Shown here in pieces: positions 46,395 to 52,956 of a DNA stretch of 64,000 bases. Made by a program: the position numbers and the translations under genes. Source of the stretch: a virus (lineage: Duplodnaviria; Caudoviricetes); IMG/VR virus record IMGVR_UViG_3300006752_000009. One strand, written 5' to 3'. Under the pieces are notes generated by a model. It saw nothing but the letters and a program-made list of their open reading frames with translations, was not told the origin of the DNA and searched no databases. The first letter of the stretch is position 1. Every line of letters begins with the position of its first letter.

Positions 46395-47267
46395 ATGAAT
46401 AGAATAACTAAGGGTTTACAGTACCCTATTAGGAGTGGTGCGAGTACCCACTTCGACATGATGTTTGGAGTGTCAGCAGACGACCACTTCGACTTGATCT
46501 TCTCATATTTACAACCCAAAAAGGCAAAGCCTGTTGAGGTAGTGCGTAATGAGACTGAAAATTGGCTCTATGACGCACGATGTGAGAACTATGAGCGTGT
46601 GCTTGAGATGGTTCAGAGAAGAACCCCTTACAACAAGCGTTTCACGCTACCAGAGGATCAGATCGTAAGCTACTTCCATAGCTTCCTTACCGAACACTTC
46701 ATCGAGAAAAATCAGCTCAAAAAAGAGCTTGATAAAGGCAAGACGGTGAAGCCATCGGTGGTCTATGAGTGGTTCTTGCAGTATGTGGTGCGTGAAAAGT
46801 ACCAAGAAGGTCAAGATGCTCTCCAACGGACTCGTGGTGCGAGGACTCAATCAGAGGTGAATAAAATCAAGGCTTACGAGACAAAGCAGACTACGACCCC
46901 TTATGCTCCTGTCCATCATATCCAAAACCTTGAGTCAGAAGGTTGGCAGGTTGCTCAAGTGGTTTCCAAGACCGACTCTGAAACAGGTGTGCAAGTGGGA
47001 GAACCCGACTACTATGTAGATGGTGATACTCACAGTAGCGTTGAGGAGCGTTCGGAAAATGCGTACATGAAAGAGCTGTTGCTTGATCGCTTTGGTAAAG
47101 ACAAACTGAATATGTACTACTCGCTGTGGCTTGAGCTTCGCTATGATGAATACGAGAGCAAGAGGATGTGGGCTTCGGCTCGTAAGGTGTCATATAAAGT
47201 CTTGAATGCTCAAATCACTCAAGTCCGAGAGGTCTTTAAGGATAACCTAGAAGCCTTCGGTCATTGA
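46395..47267 (+). CDS. Divergent sigma-like putative transcription factor
   Basis: EDQIVSYFHSFLTE (region-2-like), VYEWFLQYVVREKYQEG, C-terminal HTH-like SKRMWASARKVSYKVLNAQITQVRE; paralogue of 6756. Confidence 0.5.
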   Translation: MNRITKGLQYPIRSGASTHFDMMFGVSADDHFDLIFSYLQPKKAKPVEVVRNETENWLYDARCENYERVLEMVQRRTPYNKRFTLPEDQIVSYFHSFLTEHFIEKNQLKKELDKGKTVKPSVVYEWFLQYVVREKYQEGQDALQRTRGARTQSEVNKIKAYETKQTTTPYAPVHHIQNLESEGWQVAQVVSKTDSETGVQVGEPDYYVDGDTHSSVEERSENAYMKELLLDRFGKDKLNMYYSLWLELRYDEYESKRMWASARKVSYKVLNAQITQVREVFKDNLEAFGH

Positions 47268-47286
47268 CGCTCTGAGAGCGTATAGG

Positions 47287-47658
47287 CTATCGCTTACCAC
47301 CATCGTAAGCGACAGCATGACCCATACGGATCATCTCATCATTAAGAGACTCACCTAGCTCATTCATGTCCTCTTCATAAGCCCATAGGACACCGAGCCA
47401 TCGACCAAACTTACCTTTTTTAACGGTATGAACGACAACCGTTTTACCCTCGATGCGAGATTTAAGGTACTCTTTGGCTTCATATCCTCTAGCCTTTTCA
47501 TCTAGGTCTTTGGTTCTGATCTCTGGTGTGTTGATCCCCACCATACGAACCTTGACTCTCGCAAAGTGTTTCATGCCTTGATCTATCATGAGGGTGACGG
47601 TATCTCCGTCATATACTGATAAAACTTCTGCTTTGTAGTGATATAAATTAAGCGACAT
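47287..47658 (-). CDS. Thermonuclease (staphylococcal nuclease-like)
   Basis: VYDGDTV, VRMVGINTPE, GKFGRWLG, LNDEMIRMGHA. Confidence 0.93.
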   Translation of the reverse strand: MSLNLYHYKAEVLSVYDGDTVTLMIDQGMKHFARVKVRMVGINTPEIRTKDLDEKARGYEAKEYLKSRIEGKTVVVHTVKKGKFGRWLGVLWAYEEDMNELGESLNDEMIRMGHAVAYDGGKR

Positions 47659-47667
47659 ATATTCCTC

Positions 47668-48036
47668 CTACGGTCTTAAGCCTAAATCTAACAGGGTCTT
47701 GTAAACGACTTTATTGACTTCTTTAAGGTCATCAGTCTTTTTAATGACCCGACCATTGACCTCTACGATTAAGTTTTTGTAGTCATATCCAGATCCACTG
47801 CTAGTGAAACCACTGATAGAAATCTTAGTCTTTGAGGCTTCAACTTTGATAACCTTCTCTCCCTTTCGGTCGAGGACACTAGTTACTTTGTGTTGCCCTT
47901 TCTTGAACATCCACTGTAGCTGTTTCTCAAATCGGCTGAGATCTTGCCACCCAATGTGGTTACTTAGTAGTCCAAAGAGCTTTGCTTCCATGTACCTAGA
48001 AGCGACTCTTTTACTAGAATTTTGATTACTCATCAT
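47668..48036 (-). CDS. Hypothetical protein with RVASRY leader
   Basis: MMSNQNSSKRVASRYMEAKLFGLLS; 122 aa. Confidence 0.7.
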   Translation of the reverse strand: MMSNQNSSKRVASRYMEAKLFGLLSNHIGWQDLSRFEKQLQWMFKKGQHKVTSVLDRKGEKVIKVEASKTKISISGFTSSGSGYDYKNLIVEVNGRVIKKTDDLKEVNKVVYKTLLDLGLRP

Positions 48037-48586
48037 CTGCCTCTTTCTTAGGTTCGGGTGTATCTTCTACACCTAGTGATTTCTTGACCTTTGCTTTGAA
48101 CATCTTGATTACGAACGCATTGATTGCACCAGCACAAGCACCCATATACACATCAATCATCATAAATGGCTTTGATAAGGTATAGGCGATCCCTGCTCCT
48201 GTTAGGACTGCAAAGAGTCTTATTACAGCGTCTGATTTCTCATTGCAGGTTTTGAAGATGAAAGGCTTAATGATCTGAGTCAGAGCGAGACTCAAGATAG
48301 CCGCTACCACTACAAGATAAGCATGACCTACAAAGACATCTTGCATCGTTGGTCTAGTTTCTGATTTCAAATCAATCGACTCTGCTATGTGTTTACAGGA
48401 AACACCACTTTCAGTGATCTCACATTCTTGGTTTTCTGATCCACACAGAAGTTCATTCCCCTCGATGATTTCGCAGAGGTCAGCTCCTTCTTCCCCTTTA
48501 CTACAGAGGATTGTATGAAGATCAACGAACTGACAGTTATCTGGTAGATTAACTAGTGGCTCACTTATTGGGATATACTTTTCCAT
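48026..48586 (-). CDS. Putative holin (3 TM helices) with a Cys-repeat N-terminal domain
   Basis: TMs AYLVVVAAILSLALTQII, IRLFAVLTGAGIAYTL, VYMGACAGAINAFVI; charged C-terminal tail; Cys at 18, 28, 38, 48, 55, 64. Confidence 0.55.
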   Translation of the reverse strand: MEKYIPISEPLVNLPDNCQFVDLHTILCSKGEEGADLCEIIEGNELLCGSENQECEITESGVSCKHIAESIDLKSETRPTMQDVFVGHAYLVVVAAILSLALTQIIKPFIFKTCNEKSDAVIRLFAVLTGAGIAYTLSKPFMMIDVYMGACAGAINAFVIKMFKAKVKKSLGVEDTPEPKKEADDE

Positions 48587-48593
48587 GTTTTTA

Positions 48594-48622
48594 CCTCGCT
48601 TCGATTTTTCAATAAAGCGAGG
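48594..48622 (-). promoter_or_regulatory. RBS-occluding hairpin on the holin-like gene
   Basis: CCUCGCUU / AAGCGAGG, a perfect 8-bp stem containing the GAGG SD. Confidence 0.7.
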
Positions 48623-48624
48623 CG

Positions 48625-48639
48625 ATAAAGAAACTATTA
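48625..48639 (-). promoter_or_regulatory. Class-2 promoter motif TAATAGTTTCTTTAT
   Basis: 2 nt before the hairpin 5' arm; 38 nt upstream of ATG 48586. Confidence 0.6.
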
Positions 48640-48646
48640 AGCTCTC

Positions 48647-49180
48647 TTACAAATGAGGGGTTCTGTCTATTACGATGACATCACCCTCTGAGTGATACTT
48701 TTTAGCGAATGACTTCCATACCCTTAGAGCCTTATCAGAGGTAGACTTTTTGTGGCAGTAGTTAGGCATGAACAGCAAAGGCAACCTACCATGTTTAAGG
48801 AACACTTCTTTGACCACCTCAACATACATTTGAACTCCACACCTCTGGCCTTGTAGGTCTGGGTGGAGATAAGAATTGACAACCTCTACAACAAGAACCA
48901 CAGGTTCATCTTTACTGCTATCATATCGAAACATCTCGTCCTCAAACCAATACTCTTCGGATAACTTTTCAATGTCATCTGCACAAGCAAAGTGTCCTCT
49001 ACCCATCTCCTCAAGAGTGTAAGTGCCTACATGGGCTTCACAGTGTCCTCTGTATTCACCATCGACTCTTAACTCAACACTAACTTTACCACCATCGCTA
49101 GACACAACTTCGATAGTGATGTTGCCCTTTTGGTATTTAGCTTTCATGTAGCGACTAGCGACTCTTTGATAAGGCTTCAT
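48647..49180 (-). CDS. GNAT-fold (acetyltransferase-like) protein with RVASRY leader
   Basis: MKPYQRVASRYMKA; YLHPDLQGQRCGVQMY is GNAT motif-A-like; TSDKALRVWKSF. Confidence 0.5.
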   Translation of the reverse strand: MKPYQRVASRYMKAKYQKGNITIEVVSSDGGKVSVELRVDGEYRGHCEAHVGTYTLEEMGRGHFACADDIEKLSEEYWFEDEMFRYDSSKDEPVVLVVEVVNSYLHPDLQGQRCGVQMYVEVVKEVFLKHGRLPLLFMPNYCHKKSTSDKALRVWKSFAKKYHSEGDVIVIDRTPHL

Positions 49181-50082
49181 ACTGGTTGTCCCTGTTCGTT
49201 TACTAAACCTTTAGTGTAGAGGGCATATAACTGTATGCCAACAGCAGGAACTAAGATAGCGTTCCAACCGATTGATAGAGACTTAGCGAGCCAACCACCA
49301 GGTATGCCTGGGAATAAAAGACTTACGATAAATCCAATCCCACTTTCGGGTAGACTTTCAAGTAAGTCCGTCCACGAGATCATGCCTAGAAATCCTTTTA
49401 TCAAGTCTGAGATCTTCCAACTGATCTCTGTAACATTGATCCATATGACCCAATAGAGATATGCTTTAGCAGGCATCGTAATGAGCTTCAGCAAAGGGTG
49501 CTTCTCTAAAAAGTTATCTATCCATTCCGACATATTTTTTGCTCTGCCGACCACAGGTGTGATCGTCTTTGACAACCATTTACCTAGTTCACCTGTCTTT
49601 CCTCCATGCTTTTCAAGTACGCTTTCAATAATGGAAGTGAAGGTAGGAGCGTTAGATGCGTATAGGAACAGAAAGTGAATGATCTTACTGTCTTTCTTCA
49701 TCTTCTTCTTTAGATTACCCCACCATCTCGCACCCTCGTCTAAGAGGTTTTGAAACTTCTTCGATAGTTCAAAGTAGAGCTTTGCAGGGTTCGTTGATGT
49801 GATCCCTAAAACCTCTTTGAACTTTTCCCAAAGTTTAGGAGCTTTTTGAAACGCTTGGTACAGCTCTCTTAGCTTCTTACCTAGACCTTTGATGATCGCT
49901 GTTTTGTTGTGAGCTTGTCGGAGCATACCCTCGCCAAACACGCTCAATACTCGGACATCTATCTCACGAGTGATTGTGCTTGAGACTCTAGTGTTGGGGC
50001 TGTTTTGGATCGCCCACATTGACGCTCTTAATGAAACATTTCTATGGTAATGTCGAGTAGCGACTCTCTGATATGGCTTCAT
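49177..50082 (-). CDS. Hypothetical helical protein with RVATRH leader and hydrophobic C-terminus
   Basis: MKPYQRVATRHY...LRQAHNKTA; C-terminal GIGFIVSLLFPGIPGGWLA. Confidence 0.7.
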   Translation of the reverse strand: MKPYQRVATRHYHRNVSLRASMWAIQNSPNTRVSSTITREIDVRVLSVFGEGMLRQAHNKTAIIKGLGKKLRELYQAFQKAPKLWEKFKEVLGITSTNPAKLYFELSKKFQNLLDEGARWWGNLKKKMKKDSKIIHFLFLYASNAPTFTSIIESVLEKHGGKTGELGKWLSKTITPVVGRAKNMSEWIDNFLEKHPLLKLITMPAKAYLYWVIWINVTEISWKISDLIKGFLGMISWTDLLESLPESGIGFIVSLLFPGIPGGWLAKSLSIGWNAILVPAVGIQLYALYTKGLVNEQGQPV

Positions 50083-50117
50083 ATTTATACTCCTTTAATA
50101 AGTACAATAGGATGCTC

Positions 50118-50132
50118 ATAAATAAGTTATTG
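50118..50132 (-). promoter_or_regulatory. Class-2 promoter motif CAATAACTTATTTAT
   Basis: 35 nt upstream of ATG 50082. Confidence 0.55.
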
Positions 50133-50145
50133 AAAGGAGTCGGTC

Positions 50146-50520
50146 ATGGGAGCAGGTGTAATGCTATTATGTGGAAACAAAACCCTCATAATGAAGAGGG
50201 ACCACTACAAACACGATAAATGGTCGGGTTATTGGAACTTTCCAGGAGGTCAAGGAGAGCCAAATGAAACGACCTATCAGACAGCTCTAAGAGAGACTGA
50301 AGAAGAGACAGGCATCACACCCGATCAATATAAAGTTGTAGATCATGTAGAGGACAAGATTTACACGATGTATGTCGGGGTGTGTAAGGAAGAGATCGTA
50401 CCTGTTTTAGATCACGAGCATACGGAGTGGGAGTGGATAGTCATCTCTAAGATACCTAGTATGACTCGTGAGATGCACCCCAAAGATTGGCGAGGGTTTA
50501 AGAAGTATTATCGGCTTTAG
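50146..50520 (+). CDS. NUDIX hydrolase
   Basis: Nudix box GGQGEPNETTYQTALRETEEETGI; WNFPGG; DHEHTEWEW. Confidence 0.92.
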   Translation: MGAGVMLLCGNKTLIMKRDHYKHDKWSGYWNFPGGQGEPNETTYQTALRETEEETGITPDQYKVVDHVEDKIYTMYVGVCKEEIVPVLDHEHTEWEWIVISKIPSMTREMHPKDWRGFKKYYRL

Positions 50521-50523
50521 AAA

Positions 50524-51621
50524 TCACCAGACTTGAAAGTGAACACCTAAAGACCAAGTGTTCGACCCATCAGTTCCGTAAACCCAACCAATACCAGGAG
50601 CGATGTTGAGGTTTTTACCCATGATGTAAGGATGCCATGTACCCATCAATCCTAGATACTGATTGGACTCGGTTAGAGAAAAGTTAGCACCTAAACGATA
50701 CTGACCTTTAACAAAGTTGACGAAACTCCCCCCTATAGATAGCCCAAACTCCCCCCCTTGATAAGTTGACCCTACAAGTAAGCTCGGCTCGAACATCTTT
50801 AGCGTTAACCCTAAACCACCTGCGGGTACTTGGGGTATATAGATGAGTTGAGGATCAAGATTGGGATCACCAGAATACATTTCGGACTCAAGACCCTCTA
50901 TATTAATAAACTTTCCTTGATCATCAAAGTACCCACCATAAATGTGTATGCCTTGGTTCTGTACAGCACCACTACCTAAACGAGATTGGTCTTCGCCATA
51001 ACTAATCGCTACTACTTTAAACGCTAAGTTGAAGTCTACACCCGAACCTTCACCAGTCCAAAGATTTCTACTTGTAAACGAGTAAACAGGTTTACCATGT
51101 AAACGGAAAGGTGATTCCCATGTAAACTTGAAAGGTTGACACCTTTCGTCTGTTCGGTTCTCACACCACTGTTGATCTTGTGTACTTACACCTCTCCAAT
51201 CTTGAGGTGGTGGGGTTGTGGGTTTTTCTCTGTCTGTGAAGTCTCCGATGCGTGTTACACCTGCTTCTACCCTTGACTCCATACGAACAAATCTTCGACT
51301 AATCGCATTGATTTTCGCTCCTGTCTCAGAGGTGTATCTGTCTATAGCCTGTTGTGTTCTTTGATCAAGACCACTAATGATTTCTGACGCTCTTTGTTCA
51401 AGCGTAGCTCGATCAACCATCTGAGACTGCACAGTTCCTAGTTTGGTATTTATCGCCGCAATTTTCGTAGCGTTATCATTAAGAACTCCATTTAGCTGAT
51501 CTTGGATCGTAGCGTCCATCTGTTGCATTTTGTAGACAGACCAAGCGTTGCCCCCTACAGAAACCAAGAACAGGCTCAATAGAGCGTAAATACCATATTT
51601 TAGGTTCGCCAACTCAACCAT
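50524..51621 (-). CDS. Envelope-spanning protein: N-terminal TM, coiled coil, C-terminal amphipathic beta-strands (spanin-like)
   Basis: YGIYALLSLFLVSVGGNAW; heptads at about aa 30-125; about six alternating beta-strands ending WSLGVHFQVW. Confidence 0.55.
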   Translation of the reverse strand: MVELANLKYGIYALLSLFLVSVGGNAWSVYKMQQMDATIQDQLNGVLNDNATKIAAINTKLGTVQSQMVDRATLEQRASEIISGLDQRTQQAIDRYTSETGAKINAISRRFVRMESRVEAGVTRIGDFTDREKPTTPPPQDWRGVSTQDQQWCENRTDERCQPFKFTWESPFRLHGKPVYSFTSRNLWTGEGSGVDFNLAFKVVAISYGEDQSRLGSGAVQNQGIHIYGGYFDDQGKFINIEGLESEMYSGDPNLDPQLIYIPQVPAGGLGLTLKMFEPSLLVGSTYQGGEFGLSIGGSFVNFVKGQYRLGANFSLTESNQYLGLMGTWHPYIMGKNLNIAPGIGWVYGTDGSNTWSLGVHFQVW

Positions 51622-51654
51622 AGTAAATCTCCTTCGTTTAGATGGAGATACTAT
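51620..51654 (-). promoter_or_regulatory. RBS/start-occluding hairpin
   Basis: AUAGU-AUCUCC ... GGAGAU-uu-ACUAU(G): buries GGAG and the AU of AUG. Confidence 0.6.
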
Positions 51655-51662
51655 ACCATGTC

Positions 51663-51995
51663 TTAATGAGCAAACACTCGTAGAACTGTTGTCCCCTCAA
51701 TAAGATAGAGTCCACCTAGTCGTAGATTTTGTGTAGTACGCTGAAGGCTGTGAACCATATCTTTGAAGGTATTCATCTCTTTTGGGTCTACTTTTAGTAC
51801 AATAAAACCACCATCGTGAATACCATCGTATGCAGACATAGTGGTCTTTTCCACAGAGATGAGATGAGGGTATGTGTGATCTTCAATGTAGTCTTGAGCA
51901 TGGAGTCCAAGCTCGTTGAGTTTTTCTTCAAAAGAAGCGTCCTGCATCGTGTTTACTTTTCTCGATCTACTCTCAAAGCGATTTATCATAGACAC
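51663..51995 (-). CDS. Hypothetical protein
   Basis: 110 aa. Confidence 0.6.
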   Translation of the reverse strand: MSMINRFESRSRKVNTMQDASFEEKLNELGLHAQDYIEDHTYPHLISVEKTTMSAYDGIHDGGFIVLKVDPKEMNTFKDMVHSLQRTTQNLRLGGLYLIEGTTVLRVFAH

Positions 51996-51996
51996 C

Positions 51997-52188
51997 CTAT
52001 TCTTTATCTTCTACGACAATGATCTCTCGTGTCGTCTTACCTGTGTTGTAGTCGATGTTCTCTCGAACCCGAAAGACAGGTTCGGGGGCAGGCTGTGGTG
52101 GTCGGCTGTAGTAGCGAACTTCATTTCGCCACCGACCACCAACTTCGACCCATACAGTCTCTCCATTTTCCATTCGTTTGTAAGGCAT
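51997..52188 (-). CDS. Small hypothetical protein (putative early operon)
   Basis: Start moved to ATG 52188 (SD AAAGGAG); MPYKRMENGETVWVEVGGRW. Confidence 0.6.
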   Translation of the reverse strand: MPYKRMENGETVWVEVGGRWRNEVRYYSRPPQPAPEPVFRVRENIDYNTGKTTREIIVVEDKE

Positions 52189-52202
52189 ATTCATTCTCCT
52201 TT

Positions 52203-52430
52203 TTAGATTGTTTTGATAACTTCCCACCAGCCTGGACCACATTGTTCGGTACGCTGTAGGACTAAGGTTTGTGAGCCAAGAGGTTCAAGGTATTCACGAT
52301 GTGTTTTGTCATATCCATCGCCACCTTTGGAGCGTAAGAGAGCGTCTGCTGAACAGACAAGCATCTCGTTAAGCCCAAAGTATTTAGCTCCGAATAATCC
52401 ACACTGATCGACATCTGTGTAGATCTGCAT
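52203..52430 (-). CDS. Small hypothetical protein (putative early operon)
   Basis: Start moved to ATG 52430 (SD AGGTGG); 75 aa. Confidence 0.6.
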   Translation of the reverse strand: MQIYTDVDQCGLFGAKYFGLNEMLVCSADALLRSKGGDGYDKTHREYLEPLGSQTLVLQRTEQCGPGWWEVIKTI

Positions 52431-52442
52431 ACTCGCCACCTG

Positions 52443-52835
52443 TCAATGCTGAAGCATTGAGAGGGGGATCTGCTGGATCACTTGGAAGATACACTCTTTA
52501 AAGTGTTCGACTACGAACTCTGTGTCGTTTCGTGAACTTGCTGAGGGCTGTATGATGACCACCACATCACCGTCAGAGAGGCTGACATTACCACCGACAC
52601 ACTCGCTCTTGGTCAGACCTTGAGCGAGAGCCACAGTAGACTCATGGCGAGGGTTGATAGCGTTGGAGAAGGTTATGTTCGACCCCATTTCAGCGAGACT
52701 GACGATAGCCTTAGCTTGGTCAACATCAATGTTGACTTTGTGGCATAGAGCTTCATCAATTAGCATCCGATTGCTGAAAGCCGAGCTGAGGATGATTCGT
52801 GATGTAGGTGCTTTGAAGATGTTTGCGATTGTCAT
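52443..52835 (-). CDS. DUF1874 / STIV B116 / AcrIII-1-like protein (candidate viral ring nuclease)
   Basis: ILSSAFSNRML, KVNID, SNAINPRHESTVAL, VSLSDGDVVVIIQ align colinearly with SIRV1 gp29 as recalled (YLANAFSINML, KVVID, INSIGHDSTIQL, IKLEKEDKLYVVQ). Confidence 0.7.
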   Translation of the reverse strand: MTIANIFKAPTSRIILSSAFSNRMLIDEALCHKVNIDVDQAKAIVSLAEMGSNITFSNAINPRHESTVALAQGLTKSECVGGNVSLSDGDVVVIIQPSASSRNDTEFVVEHFKECIFQVIQQIPLSMLQH

Positions 52836-52880
52836 GTGGTTCTCCTTTCAAGAGAGAGATTGTGTTGATGACATAAAGGT

Positions 52881-52896
52881 ATAAATAAGGGGTTAC
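52881..52896 (-). promoter_or_regulatory. Class-1 promoter GTAACCCCTTATTTAT
   Basis: 45 nt upstream of ATG 52835. Confidence 0.8.
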
Positions 52897-52956
52897 GCTT
52901 TGCCTTTTCTCATATAATAAGAGGATGCAAGCTGTACTTATAAGGAGGTGCGACAT

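Noticed and set aside
46619-46632. Near-match AGAACCCCTTAC to the class-1 motif
   Set aside because: It has two mismatches in the invariant core, lies inside a coding region and has no downstream start.
14534-46850. Many 60-130-aa ORFs antisense to or nested in the long genes (e.g. 14534..14851, 16625..16942, 40852..41223, 45100..45411)
   Set aside because: They are shadow ORFs with no SD, no motifs and Ser/Leu-rich composition, fully overlapped by well-supported genes.
43810-52887. T4 gp55-type late promoter TATAAATA (exact at 43810+, 46276+, 52880+ and 12275-)
   Set aside because: At tandem minus-strand junctions (2443, 31427, 41419, 43811) the ATAAATA strand points antisense into the upstream gene, so it is better explained as the reverse complement of the class-1 and class-2 motifs. 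Bidirectional use at divergent junctions cannot be excluded without TSS data.
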